From Longimicrobiales bacterium (GTDB taxonomy: Bacteria; Gemmatimonadota; Gemmatimonadetes; Longimicrobiales; Gaopeijiaceae): a DNA stretch of 64,000 bases. Made by a program: the position numbers and the translations under genes. This document shows, in pieces, positions 9,991 to 19,473 of this stretch. The DNA lies in the NCBI GenBank assembly GCA_965238005.1, contig OZ250165.1, positions 1,280,001 through 1,344,000 of the forward strand, written 5' to 3'. Within the stretch, counting starts at the first letter, position 1; the number at the start of each line of letters is the position of its first letter. The notes beneath the pieces are model-generated. The model was not told where the DNA came from and ran no database searches. It was given only the letters and a program-made list of their open reading frames with translations.

Positions 9991-11490
9991 TCAAGCCCCG
10001 AAGAGGGGCACCCAGATCCGCCAGAAGATCAGGACGATGCTCATTCCCGTGAAGACCGCGAGGCTCAGCCACCCGAACCAGCGATCGAAGCGGTTGGGAT
10101 AGAAGACCTCGTCGTGCTTGGGGATGATCGTCATGCAGTAGTAGAGATTCAGGTAGAAGATGACCGGAGCCACGAAGAAGGCCAGGGCCGACGCCACGAG
10201 CACCATGAAGACGGGCCGAGGAACGCCGGCGATCAGGATTACCGAGGCCACCAAGGAATACAGCATCGTGATCCTGTAGATGTTGTACTCCGAGTACCAC
10301 TTCGTCCTGTACTCGTCCGTGACATGATGCTCGTGTCCGATTCCGCTCAAGCGGGCCGTGGACCGGAAGAGGTTCCGGCAGCAAGCGCCCACGATTCGGG
10401 GCCAGCCGTCGAAGTAGTTGAACGCGGTGGAGAAGGTGGCGGCGAGGGCGCCGAAGATGAACACGATCATCATCCAGGGCCCGACGCTCTCGGTGAAGAT
10501 GGTGGCGATCTCACCCATGACGCCTCGTCCCTCCACCGCGCTGGGGTACATCCAGACTGCGGCCAGGAGCAAGAAGATGGTCGCGATCAGGAAAGATATG
10601 ACATGCCCGAAGCGGAAGTCCCAGAGCCCGATCTTGAACCAGCGCCGGCAGTACTCGCGCACGTGGGGGGACATCTTCGCTGCGTCGACGGCGAGGGCCT
10701 CCTTCGAGGACGCAAAGGGGTCGAAGCGGGGCACCAGTCCTGCCTCCTCGAGGTCGGGCCTCACCTTCGCCAGCCCGGCCTTCTTCGCCTTCCCCCACTC
10801 CGAAGCCTGCAGCGAGACGTCGATGCCGGTGGGTAGGAGTCCCAGGAAGGCGGCGATTACCAGCCACGACCCCTCGGGCGTCTCCACGATGAAAAAGTGT
10901 CCCATCTCGGACAGAGGTGCGGGCGACACGAAATAGACGGCCAAAGACGAGATCAGGAGGATGCCGGCGAGGATCTTTGTCAGAACCTCGATGACTTTGT
11001 ACTCACCTCGGAGTATGACCACCACCGAGATCAGCCCCAACCCCAGCGCGTACGCCTCCAGGGGGATGGGAAGCCCCAGGGCCACGGTGAAGACGTAGTA
11101 GGTCACGGCCGCCGCAGCGATCAGACGGCCAGCCTGTCCGATGGCGCACTGGAGAAGCGTCGTGATCATGACGTACCACAGGGGCCACTTCTTCCAGGCG
11201 GTCGCATACGCCTCCAGTAGGCTCTTGCCGGTCGCGTTCGTGAACCGGAAAGCCATCTCGAAGCCGTAGTACTTGAAGACGTAGGACACGGGGATGCACC
11301 ACAGCAAGGCGTAGGCGAAGCGGCCTCCGGCCGTGGGCGCGGTCACCAGGTGGCTGGTCCCGATCCCCGTCATCATGAGGATCAACCCGGGCCCGAAGTG
11401 GGCGATGAGGGCCCGCGGCGTCATGGAGGGGAGTTTGAGGCTCTCCAACGACTCGAGTCGTTGCTCGGATGTGGGGCTTCCTTCAGCCAC
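9991..11490 (-). CDS. NRAMP/APC-superfamily transporter
   Basis: FGPGLILMMTGIGTSHL N-terminal signature, many hydrophobic helices, AATFST motif. Confidence 0.8.
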   Translation of the reverse strand: MAEGSPTSEQRLESLESLKLPSMTPRALIAHFGPGLILMMTGIGTSHLVTAPTAGGRFAYALLWCIPVSYVFKYYGFEMAFRFTNATGKSLLEAYATAWKKWPLWYVMITTLLQCAIGQAGRLIAAAAVTYYVFTVALGLPIPLEAYALGLGLISVVVILRGEYKVIEVLTKILAGILLISSLAVYFVSPAPLSEMGHFFIVETPEGSWLVIAAFLGLLPTGIDVSLQASEWGKAKKAGLAKVRPDLEEAGLVPRFDPFASSKEALAVDAAKMSPHVREYCRRWFKIGLWDFRFGHVISFLIATIFLLLAAVWMYPSAVEGRGVMGEIATIFTESVGPWMMIVFIFGALAATFSTAFNYFDGWPRIVGACCRNLFRSTARLSGIGHEHHVTDEYRTKWYSEYNIYRITMLYSLVASVILIAGVPRPVFMVLVASALAFFVAPVIFYLNLYYCMTIIPKHDEVFYPNRFDRWFGWLSLAVFTGMSIVLIFWRIWVPLFGA

Positions 11491-11694
11491 GCCGATCCTT
11501 CGTCAGGGAAAAGGATCGAGCAACGTACACGGTGGAGCCCGCCTCGACCAACCACTCGCGGGGGTAGGTCCGACTCGACCAACCCCTCGAGGGGGTGTGG
11601 CGTTGGCACCCGTCGGCGGGGGGGTGTGGCCAAAGACGCCCTTCCGACGGCGGCCACCGACGCGTTCCCGACGGCCTCCTCCTCCTCCTCGGGG

Positions 11695-11934
11695 TCAGTC
11701 CGTTCGCAGCACCGTCATGGGATCCACCCGGGAGCCTTCCCGGGCCGGGAGGTAACAGGCCGCCAGCCCCACTGCCGCGAGGATCGCTACGACCCCGACG
11801 TAGGTCGACGGCTCGCTTGCGGTAACGCCGTACAGCAAGCTCCCCAGCAGTTGCGAGGTTCCGAGGGCACCGATCAAGCCGAGCACGAGCCCGGCCGTCA
11901 CCAGGGTCATCCCCTCCGTCCACAGCTTTCGCAT
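11695..11934 (-). pseudogene. C-terminal remnant of an FtsX/ADOP-type ABC permease
   Basis: EGMTLVTAGLVLGL...SLLYGV...ACYLPAREGSRVDPMTVLRTD* is the typical MacB/ADOP C-terminus; only 79 aa remain. Confidence 0.85.
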
Positions 11935-12139
11935 GCTGAATTCGTCTCATCCGGCTATGGACAGGTTTGGCGGGTGCGCGAGCGCGATAGTCCGAGAGCA
12001 CTCCCGAATCCGGACCTCTGTAGGGTCTGCTGGCCCTGTAACGCCTCTCGATCGATCGACCCCACTTCTTTGACTTCGGGACCCCTTCTCGGGGCCTCCT
12101 GAGGCTCCTGAGACCTCGAAATATCGCCCTTATATTTCA

Positions 12140-12164
12140 CTGTAAGTCAGTACTGCTCTTACAG
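12140..12164. promoter_or_regulatory. Imperfect palindrome (candidate operator) upstream of the HNH gene
   Basis: CTGTAAG-t-CAGTACTG-ct-CTTACAG in an AT-rich patch 14 bp before the ATG. Confidence 0.45.
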
Positions 12165-12178
12165 ATGAGGGGGTTTCG

Positions 12179-13819
12179 ATGGGTCCCGCAACGCTCGCAG
12201 TCACCGAGGTCTCACACGCTGCTGCCCAAGCCGACGAATGGGCGCCGGAAGCGTCCAACCCGACTGAGGCCGGAGCCAAGGCCTCAGTCGCTGGGGCAGT
12301 CGACGACGAGCTGGACGCTCTCCAAGACCTCGGCGACGAGATCGCCACCCTCGCGGCACACATCCATGCCGCCGAGCACCACTTCCTCACCCTGATCGCC
12401 GAGTTCGACCGACTCGGCGGTTGGGAGCCGGGCGGCCACCGCTCCTGCGCCCACTGGCTCGCCTTCCGCACCGGCATCGACCTCGGTGCCGCCCGCGAGA
12501 GGGTGCGAGCCGCTCGAGCCCTCAACGACCTTCCCCAGATCAGCGCGTCCATGGAACAAGGCGAGCTGCCGTTCGCAAAGGTGCGGGCGCTCACGCGCGT
12601 CGCAACGCACGAGAGCGAGGGCGATCTGCTCGAGCTAGCACACTCGAGCACGGCGGCCCAACTGGAGAGGATTGTGATGGCGTGGCGTCGGCTGAGCCGA
12701 TTCGACGAAAACGAGCTCGAGAGGATGCGGCATCGCTCGCGGTGTTTCTCTGTCTTCCCGGACGAGGACGGCATGTACGTGGTGCGCGGAAGGTTGGACG
12801 CCGAGGTGGGGGCAATGCTCATGCGGGCGATCGATGCGGCGAGCGATGCTCTGTTCCGTAAGGATACCTCGAAGGACACCTCGGAGGAAACCTCGGGGGA
12901 GATCGAGCCGAAGCAGCGGCGTGCGGACGCGGTGGGGCTCATGGCCGAGCGTGCCCTGGCGGTGGGGTTCGGCCGAACGGGCGTGGAAGCCACGCACGGA
13001 GAGGACCGTGCGGTGGGCGAGGACGGCGTGGACCGGGCCGACGACGAGGACACCGCACCCCTGAGTGGCAGCCGGGCCGAGCGCTATCAGGTGGTCCTCC
13101 ACGTAGAGGCGGCCACGCTGGAGAGCGAGCGAGAGCCGGGGCGCTCGGAGCTGGAGGACGGGACACGCGTTTCCGCGGAAACGTCCCGGAGGCTCTCGTG
13201 TGATGCGAGCGTGGTCCAACTCAGCGAGGCCCCGGACGGCTCCGTGCTCGACGTGGGACGAAAGACGCGGACGATTCCGCTGGCGCTCAGGCGTGCGCTG
13301 GAGTCCCGGGACCGGGGGTGCCGCTTCCCGGGCTGTGGGCTCCGCTTCACCGACGCCCATCACGTGAGGCACTGGGCCGACGGTGGTGAGACGAACCTGG
13401 AGAATCTGGTCCTGCTATGCCGTTTCCATCACCGATTGGTGCACGAGGAGGGGTACACGGTGCACTTCCCCCAGGGCGGACGGCCGAATTCCCCGGACCG
13501 GCGGCCGAACTTCCTAGAGGGGCAGCCGGACTCCCTAGAGGGGCGGCCGGACTCCCTAGACCGGCGGCTCTACTTCCTCGACCCGAGAATGAGGCTGCTG
13601 CCCGACGCGCCACCACCACCACCACCCCTCCCGCCGGAGCCCGTCGAGGCACTCGTGCGGCAGAACCGGCTCCGGGGCGTGGAGCCCGACTTCCTCACCA
13701 GCGCGGCCCGCTACAAGCGCGAGGACGATATCCCCTCGGTCGTATTCATGCAGGCGTTCGAGGCTTTGGACGCTGCGGCCCCGACTCAGAGCGACACGGT
13801 TCTCGCCAACTTGGAGTAG
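12179..13819 (+). CDS. DUF222 domain + HNH endonuclease (13E12-like)
   Basis: IAEFDRLGGW...SCAHWL, RRADA, RRLSCDA, LDVGRKTR, RDRGCRFPGC...DAHHVRHWADGGETNLENLVLLCRFHHRLVH. Confidence 0.92.
   Translation: MGPATLAVTEVSHAAAQADEWAPEASNPTEAGAKASVAGAVDDELDALQDLGDEIATLAAHIHAAEHHFLTLIAEFDRLGGWEPGGHRSCAHWLAFRTGIDLGAARERVRAARALNDLPQISASMEQGELPFAKVRALTRVATHESEGDLLELAHSSTAAQLERIVMAWRRLSRFDENELERMRHRSRCFSVFPDEDGMYVVRGRLDAEVGAMLMRAIDAASDALFRKDTSKDTSEETSGEIEPKQRRADAVGLMAERALAVGFGRTGVEATHGEDRAVGEDGVDRADDEDTAPLSGSRAERYQVVLHVEAATLESEREPGRSELEDGTRVSAETSRRLSCDASVVQLSEAPDGSVLDVGRKTRTIPLALRRALESRDRGCRFPGCGLRFTDAHHVRHWADGGETNLENLVLLCRFHHRLVHEEGYTVHFPQGGRPNSPDRRPNFLEGQPDSLEGRPDSLDRRLYFLDPRMRLLPDAPPPPPPLPPEPVEALVRQNRLRGVEPDFLTSAARYKREDDIPSVVFMQAFEALDAAAPTQSDTVLANLE
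13481..13564 (+). repeat. In-frame 21-bp tandem repeat x4 in the HNH gene
   Basis: cggccgaattccccggaccgg / cggccgaacttcctagagggg / cagccggactccctagagggg / cggccggactccctagaccgg, encoding RPNSPDR-RPNFLEG-QPDSLEG-RPDSLDR. Confidence 0.85.
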
Positions 13820-13958
13820 CGTCGAGGACTTCTGGAGACTCAACCCGCCGCAGGGAGGGTTGCGGATCTTCAGGAGGCCTTTCGGTAGGATCGTTGATCG
13901 GCGCCTGAGCGACGAATTCGGACCGACGCCCTGATGCGGCCCAGTCGCGTGGCCGTCG

Positions 13959-15929
13959 TCAGATGACACGGACGTCCCCCCCGTCCACGGGAATCTGAGC
14001 TCCGGTGGTCTTCGCGAACAACGGCCCGGCCATGGCGCACGCCAGGGCCGCTACGTCCCGGGAGCTGACCTCGATCCCCAGAACGTTGCGCGTCTTGTAC
14101 TCATCGACACTGACGCCGTAGTGCACCGCCCGCTCCTCGAGCACATCAGGGGTCCACAGGGCGGTGTCGTACACCTTGTCGGGGTGCAGGACGTTGACTC
14201 GGATCCCTGCCCCCCCGAGCTCCAGGGCTGCTACCCTCGCCAACTGGGTGAGCCCCGCCTTCGCGACGGAGTAAGCGGCGGCACCCGGTCCGGGAGCCGG
14301 AACGTTTTTCGACGCGATCACGACCACCGCGGGGTCCGCGCCGAGGCGCAGGAAGGGTATACACGACTGCCATAACCGCTGATGGCTGGTCAGATTCACG
14401 GCCATGCTGTGGTCCCAGGTCTCGGCCCGGATTCCTTCGATGACCTCGCTCTTCGGGAAGACGCCGACGTTGTCGATGACGATGTCTAGCCCCCCGAACT
14501 GCCGTACCACGGCCCTCACGGCGTCCGCCAGCGCCCTGTCGTCCACGACGTCGCACTCGATTCCGAGCCCGATCTCGGAGTCCATCAGATCGACGATCTC
14601 GGGATTGACGTCGAGCGCGCCCACAACCGCCCCCAGGCGCTGAAGCTCGCGCGCACATGCCAACCCGATCCCGCTCGCCGCCCCGGTGACCAGGGCGATC
14701 TTGCCCGCCAGCAGAGGTGACGATCCGGATCGGGCGAGCTTGGCCTGCTCCAAGACCCAGTATTCGACCTCGAACACGTCCTTCTCCGGGAGGGCGGTCC
14801 ATCCGCCCAGAGCTTCGGCGACCTGGATCGCGCGAATCGTGTGGTCCTTGATGTCCGCCACGATGCGAGCCTCCTTGGGGCTACGTCCGAAGCAGATCGT
14901 GCCGCGACCCGGCCAGATGGCCCAGCGCGGGGCCGGGTCCAGGCAGGTCAGCCCCTCGGTCGCATTGCGCTCGAAGTACTCCCGGTAGCCCGTGGCGTAC
15001 TCCTCGACGTCCGCCGCCGGATCGTCCCCTACGACCAACGCAGTGCGCTTGGTGCGAATGACGTGATCCGGGGTCAGCGGGCCGCGCGTCGCCAGGTCGG
15101 CCACGCCCGGCAATTCCGAGAATCCGACGGACACAGGGTCCCCGTCCCAACGTGCGAGAACGGCCTCTCCCCGCGCGGCTCCGACCGACCGCCGAATCCG
15201 GGCCAACGCCTCCAGGTCCTCCGGCAGAGGCTCCGGAGACGTCTTCAGCGGACTGGTCCGAGCAGCCACATACTCCTCGGCCCGACTGACGAGCTCGATC
15301 ATCCTCTCGTACGAGCCCTTCGCGTCGTCTGCGAACGTGCATGCGCCATGATTCATCAGGATCATGCCGTCGCATTCCGACCAATCCCTGTCCCGAGTCA
15401 TCGTGTAGATCCTCCGGGCCAAGGCGAAGCCGGGCATGACGTACGGAAGCACCCACACCCGCTCGCCATAGAGGTCGCGAATGGCCTCTTCTCCGTTCGG
15501 CGTGTTGGTGACGGATACGACCGCGTCGGCATGCGTGTGATCGACGTACTCGAAAGGGATGAGCGCGTGCAGAATGGCCTCGACGGACGGGGAGGGCGCA
15601 CCTGGGTCGAGCATCGCGGCCCGCTGGGCGCGGACCATGTCCGCGTCGTCGAGCTGCTCGAGCTCCGCCATGCTCAGGAGTGCATCCAGGCGCACCGGCG
15701 CGAACCCAGGGGCTTCGATGGTCTCCAGGTCCCATCCGCTGCCCTTCACGTAGAGCACCCGATGAATATTTCCGAAGAGATCGGTTGCGGTCGTCTTGAC
15801 TGATGTGTTGCCGCCACCATGCAAAACGAGGTCAGGCTCACGACCGAGAAGGCGAGACGTGTAGACGCGAAGCTCCAGCGGGTCATCCCTGTGGGTGGCG
15901 GCCTCACGATCGCTCCACAAGCTCTTCAT
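13959..15929 (-). CDS. Bifunctional class II aldolase / short-chain dehydrogenase (rhamnulose-1-P aldolase/SDR-like)
   Basis: HGGGNTSVK, VDHTHAD, NHG aldolase motifs; SDR motifs TGAASGIG and YSVAK. Confidence 0.9.
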   Translation of the reverse strand: MKSLWSDREAATHRDDPLELRVYTSRLLGREPDLVLHGGGNTSVKTTATDLFGNIHRVLYVKGSGWDLETIEAPGFAPVRLDALLSMAELEQLDDADMVRAQRAAMLDPGAPSPSVEAILHALIPFEYVDHTHADAVVSVTNTPNGEEAIRDLYGERVWVLPYVMPGFALARRIYTMTRDRDWSECDGMILMNHGACTFADDAKGSYERMIELVSRAEEYVAARTSPLKTSPEPLPEDLEALARIRRSVGAARGEAVLARWDGDPVSVGFSELPGVADLATRGPLTPDHVIRTKRTALVVGDDPAADVEEYATGYREYFERNATEGLTCLDPAPRWAIWPGRGTICFGRSPKEARIVADIKDHTIRAIQVAEALGGWTALPEKDVFEVEYWVLEQAKLARSGSSPLLAGKIALVTGAASGIGLACARELQRLGAVVGALDVNPEIVDLMDSEIGLGIECDVVDDRALADAVRAVVRQFGGLDIVIDNVGVFPKSEVIEGIRAETWDHSMAVNLTSHQRLWQSCIPFLRLGADPAVVVIASKNVPAPGPGAAAYSVAKAGLTQLARVAALELGGAGIRVNVLHPDKVYDTALWTPDVLEERAVHYGVSVDEYKTRNVLGIEVSSRDVAALACAMAGPLFAKTTGAQIPVDGGDVRVI

Positions 15930-15933
15930 TTAT

Positions 15934-16119
15934 CTAGTGTTCCGTTTCCGAAGATCGCGAGCCACCAAGAGGGCCGGGGCGCCGTGGGATCAAGGCGGGA
16001 CGACGCGGCGTAGCGCAAGCGGGCACCGCGCGAAGCGTGGTCGCAAGGAGTCCCAACGCCGAGCCCACGGATGCACCGTGCCCTCGACTGGCCGAGACAC
16101 TTTGGTAACGGGACACTAG
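15934..16119 (+). mobile_element. Complete 186-bp MITE with ~20-bp terminal inverted repeats and CTAG ends
   Basis: Left end ctagtgttccgtttccgaag; reverse complement of right end ctagtgtcccgttaccaaag. No coding capacity; homologous copies elsewhere in the window. Confidence 0.88.
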
Positions 16120-16520
16120 CCTTCCCCGTGGAACGTCGTGAAGCCCTGCTCTTCGAAGCGCTCGTCGAAGGCGAAGGCCGTGTGGACGGAGAGTCGCCTC
16201 ATGATGTGGAAGCTCACGCAGTCCACCAGGCTCAGATCCCGACGGTTCGCCGTGAGCAGAGCCTCGGCGGCCCGTGCGTGGTCTTCCTCGTCTACCCAGT
16301 GGACGTCAAGGACGGGGGCCACATCCTGGGCGACGGCCCGGACCGCCTGGACACCCAGCCGGTTCTGCACCAGGGCGAGGGTCTCCACCAGGACGTAGTT
16401 GCTGACCAGGAGGTGATGCTCGGCCAGGAGCTCCGTCCACGTCTCCCGGGCCCGGGCATGCCATCGGTCGTCGCGATCCAAGACTGCATAGAGCCCCGAC
16501 GTGTCGACGAAGACGGTCAC
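16116..16520 (-). CDS. vapC: PIN-domain toxin VapC
   Basis: VFVDTSGLYA, VLVET, SLVDCVSF, FAFDERF acidic PIN motifs; overlaps the antitoxin stop (GTGA). Confidence 0.92.
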   Translation of the reverse strand: MTVFVDTSGLYAVLDRDDRWHARARETWTELLAEHHLLVSNYVLVETLALVQNRLGVQAVRAVAQDVAPVLDVHWVDEEDHARAAEALLTANRRDLSLVDCVSFHIMRRLSVHTAFAFDERFEEQGFTTFHGEG

Positions 16521-16786
16521 TCCCCGAAGGCTTCCGTGAGGTGGCGGTCATGCTCGGACGCCACGTCGACGCAACCCGACGCGAACTGTCCGGCCACGGC
16601 CATGGCGCGCTGTCTCCTCTTCTCCGGAGACGGCTCCGTGGGATCGGCCATCCATCCGTCCACGGCCCTGCGCACGAGCTCGGAGACCGAGACGTCCTCC
16701 TGGGAGGCCCGTGACCTCAGGGCCGAGAGCTGATCTTCGGTGAATTGGACCTGAGTGCGTACCATCTTCGATCGTGATAACATCAT
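16517..16786 (-). CDS. Ribbon-helix-helix (CopG) antitoxin
   Basis: MVRTQVQFTEDQ...VSVSELVRRAVD...DVASEHDRHL. Start is 16786 (leaderless) or 16765. Confidence 0.88.
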   Translation of the reverse strand: MMLSRSKMVRTQVQFTEDQLSALRSRASQEDVSVSELVRRAVDGWMADPTEPSPEKRRQRAMAVAGQFASGCVDVASEHDRHLTEAFGE

Positions 16787-16811
16787 GATGGTAATTATAC
16801 CATCATGATGT
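16780..16811 (-). promoter_or_regulatory. vapBC operator (perfect 14-bp inverted repeat) overlapping an extended -10 promoter
   Basis: acatcatgatggta-atta-taccatcatgatgt, containing two CATCATGATG palindromes. The minus strand reads TG-G-TATAAT, then 7 nt, then ATG at 16786. Confidence 0.85.
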
Positions 16812-16953
16812 CCAATCTAGGAAGTCCTGAGGACCCGCGACGCTTACGGCTCTCCCGGAGATGCGCGCCGAGTGGGGGGCCGCTGTGTTGCGGGAAGGAT
16901 CGCGGGTGGGCCGAGGTGATGCCACTGGTCAACTCCGGCGAAGGGCACTCCCG

Positions 16954-17691
16954 TCAGCGGATCTCCGGTCCTCCCATCCGGTTGTCGGGCACGAAGCGGT
17001 CGCGGGCCGGCATCACGACGGCCGGGAGCGTCTCGGCGTCCATGACGGCATCCTCCGGGATGATCTCATTGAGGTAGAGGACGTAGGCGGCCGCGCCGTA
17101 CACCTCGTTCGCCGTGAGCGAGCCGGGTTCGTCCAAGGGCATGGTGCGGTTCACATAGTCGAACAGGGTCGTGGCGTAGGGCCAGTAGTTGCCCACTGTC
17201 TTCCGGTACTGTCCGCGGACGGCACCGAACGGAAAGCCCTCCCGTGGCTCCCGCCCTACCAGGCGGTCGTTGGGCCCCTCCGTACCAGTGGGGCCGTGGC
17301 ACACGGCACACTTGGCCGCGTAGACCCGAGCACCCTCGGCCACCGAGGCGCTTCCCGGGGGCAGTCCTGCACCGTCCGGCCTGACGTCGATGTCCAGCGC
17401 CGCGATCTCGGCTTCGGTGGCGTCCCGGCCGATCGTGAAGGTCGTGGGCCAGTGCTCGGGTGCGGCGGTGGGTTCGGGCGGGGCGCCGAACCCAGGAGGG
17501 GCTTGGGGCCCGACCGTGGCTTGCCCGCTCTCAATGGCCGCCCCCGATTCGCACGCCAGGGGCAGGAGGGCCAAAGCGAACATGATCGCGGCCGTCACGG
17601 CCATGGGCTGCCCGGTCTCGGGGTGCCTCCGATGCGCACCCAAGGCGTGCCTCCGCGCCGTGCTTTTGGTGTGCTTCGGCGGCGCGCTCAC
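16954..17691 (-). CDS. Monoheme cytochrome c, SoxD/SorB-like
   Basis: IGRDATEAEIAALDIDVRPDGAGLPPG, CAVCH, TVGNYWPYATTLFDYVNRTMP. Start is GTG 17691 overlapping the soxC stop, or ATG 17604 (lipobox LAC). Confidence 0.9.
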   Translation of the reverse strand: MSAPPKHTKSTARRHALGAHRRHPETGQPMAVTAAIMFALALLPLACESGAAIESGQATVGPQAPPGFGAPPEPTAAPEHWPTTFTIGRDATEAEIAALDIDVRPDGAGLPPGSASVAEGARVYAAKCAVCHGPTGTEGPNDRLVGREPREGFPFGAVRGQYRKTVGNYWPYATTLFDYVNRTMPLDEPGSLTANEVYGAAAYVLYLNEIIPEDAVMDAETLPAVVMPARDRFVPDNRMGGPEIR

Positions 17692-18953
17692 GGCCCATCC
17701 CCCGTCCCGAAGAAGACCCGCCCGTCCGACTCCACCTTCCAGGGTCTGATGCTGTTGTAGTGGTACGCACTGCCCTCTCCCCTCACGGCCATGAGCGTCT
17801 GGAGATCGGGCTGTGTGTACCCCGTCTCGTCCACGGCGCGGCTCATGAGAACGGTCTCTCGGCCGTCCCAGTTCCACAGGTGCCGGAAGCGCGTGGTGCA
17901 CTTCGAGAGGATGGGGTCCTGGAGCTCAGCCGGCTGCCAGGTGCGACCTCCGTCGGTGCTCACGTCCACCCGCGTGATGCGGCCCCGGCCGCTCCAGGCC
18001 AGCCCCGAGATCTCCCACCAGCCACGCTCCGGCAGCACGTACGGGAAAGTCGGGAAGGTGATGGTCGACTTCGCGTCCATCACGAGGCTGAACTGGCGTG
18101 CCGTTCCGTCGGCGAGCGGGTCGGTGTACTTGGAGGTCTCGTCCCGCGTCATGAAGGGCCCGTCCGACACTTCGATGCGGCGGATCCACTTCACCTGTGC
18201 GTTACCCTCCCATCCCGGCAGGAGGAGCCGAGCCGGATAGCCCTGTTCGGGACGGAGTGCCTCGCCGTTCTGGCCGTAGGCGATCATGGCGTCGTCCCAG
18301 GCCTTCTCCACAGGCACGCTTCGGGCCATGACGGCCGCGTCCCCGCCTTCGGCCAGCAGCCAGGTCGCTCCAGGCTGCACCCTCACCTCCCGAAGGAGCG
18401 TGGCCAGGGCCACCCCCGTCCATTCGCTCGTGCTGAGCAGCCCGTCGATCTGCTGCGGGGAGGCCTCGGGGCGGGGACTTCGGTTGTACGCCGCCCCACC
18501 GTTCCCGGAGCACTCGACGAAGCAGAGGCGTGACGCGGCGGGAAAGCGCTTCAGGTCTCGCAGCGTGAACGTCATCGGCCGCTCCACCATGCCGTGGATC
18601 AGGAGTGAGTAGCGTTCCGGATCGATGGTGGGAATGCCGCCGTGGTGCCGCTCGAAGTGGAGGTCGGCGGGCGTGACGATCCCGCGGAGCTCGTGGAGCG
18701 GAGTACGAGACGACGACGACGGACCGGGTCGCGACACCTGGCGCCGGGGCTGCTCGCTCGGGGCCCTCCGGCCCAGCTCGCTGGTGTTGGCTCCCAGCAC
18801 TCTGGTACGATCCTGCGGCGCCTCCTGCGGTGCCTCCTGCGGCGCGGGCGCGGCATCACCCAAGGTGATGGCGTCGGCCTGCGTCTTGAGGAGTCCCCCT
18901 GCGATGAGTCCCCCGGTCGCTCCCAGCATCGCTCGGCGTGACAGGCTGGCCAT
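17688..18953 (-). CDS. soxC: Sulfite dehydrogenase molybdopterin subunit (SoxC/SorA-like), Tat-exported
   Basis: Tat signal MASLSRRAML; LHFERHHGG, Mo-ligand ECSGN, LRPEQGYPARL, GWEGNAQVKW, SGLAWSG. Confidence 0.88.
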   Translation of the reverse strand: MASLSRRAMLGATGGLIAGGLLKTQADAITLGDAAPAPQEAPQEAPQDRTRVLGANTSELGRRAPSEQPRRQVSRPGPSSSSRTPLHELRGIVTPADLHFERHHGGIPTIDPERYSLLIHGMVERPMTFTLRDLKRFPAASRLCFVECSGNGGAAYNRSPRPEASPQQIDGLLSTSEWTGVALATLLREVRVQPGATWLLAEGGDAAVMARSVPVEKAWDDAMIAYGQNGEALRPEQGYPARLLLPGWEGNAQVKWIRRIEVSDGPFMTRDETSKYTDPLADGTARQFSLVMDAKSTITFPTFPYVLPERGWWEISGLAWSGRGRITRVDVSTDGGRTWQPAELQDPILSKCTTRFRHLWNWDGRETVLMSRAVDETGYTQPDLQTLMAVRGEGSAYHYNSIRPWKVESDGRVFFGTGDGP

Positions 18954-19104
18954 GGCGCCTCCCGGATCTGTGGGTCTTCGCGACAGGTCCCCTCGCGGAG
19001 TATCCCCGGGGAGTCCAGGGATCGCCCCTCCCGCCACGTTTGCAGACAGCAACCTCCGTTCCGCCCGACGCCTCCCGCAAGTCCCCCCACGGGAGCCCGT
19101 CGCG

Positions 19105-19133
19105 TTGACAGCCCAGACGGACTCGTCTAGCGT
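19105..19133 (+). promoter_or_regulatory. Sigma70-type promoter for a probably leaderless uORF
   Basis: TTGACA-N17-TAGCGT, then 7 nt, then ATG 19141; no SD sequence. Confidence 0.75.
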
Positions 19134-19140
19134 CATGGTC

Positions 19141-19473
19141 ATGATCCGGTTGCGGGAATGCTTGGCCAAACGATTGGGGACCGAGCTGGCGATTTGGATG
19201 CTGGCCGTAGGGGTCGCCATACCCCTCCTCGATCGCGATCTCTTGGGCTCCGAGATCGCCATCGAGGCGGAGCACCAGGCGGCATGTAGCCTCCCCACAC
19301 ACGATCACAGCATCTGCGTCCAGTACGGGAAGCAGCTATGGGCCAGTAAGCCCGCAGATGTCGAGAGGGCCCTGCCGCCCCCCGTGGTCGAAGCTGCGGC
19401 ACCCACTCAGGATGCAGCACCGCGCTCACGCCTCGCCCGTCCCACCAACCCCCGAGCTCCACCCACCCTCTAG
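19141..19473 (+). CDS. DUF2946-like metal-sensing uORF with a C-terminal RAPP arrest motif
   Basis: 110 aa: hydrophobic N-terminal segment, His/Cys cluster EHQAACSLPTHDHSIC, Pro/Ala linker, ends PRAPPTL*. Buried inside the over-extended track ORF 18625..19473. Confidence 0.78.
   Translation: MIRLRECLAKRLGTELAIWMLAVGVAIPLLDRDLLGSEIAIEAEHQAACSLPTHDHSICVQYGKQLWASKPADVERALPPPVVEAAAPTQDAAPRSRLARPTNPRAPPTL

Noticed and set aside
13481..13564. Short repeats as a possible CRISPR array
   Set aside because: Adjacent in-frame 21-bp units with no spacers and no cas genes; a coding tandem repeat.
11938..13919. 9-10 bp inverted matches flanking the HNH gene (GAATTCGTC; GGCCTCCTGA) as terminal inverted repeats
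   Set aside because: Short, unevenly spaced and without a target duplication; expected by chance.
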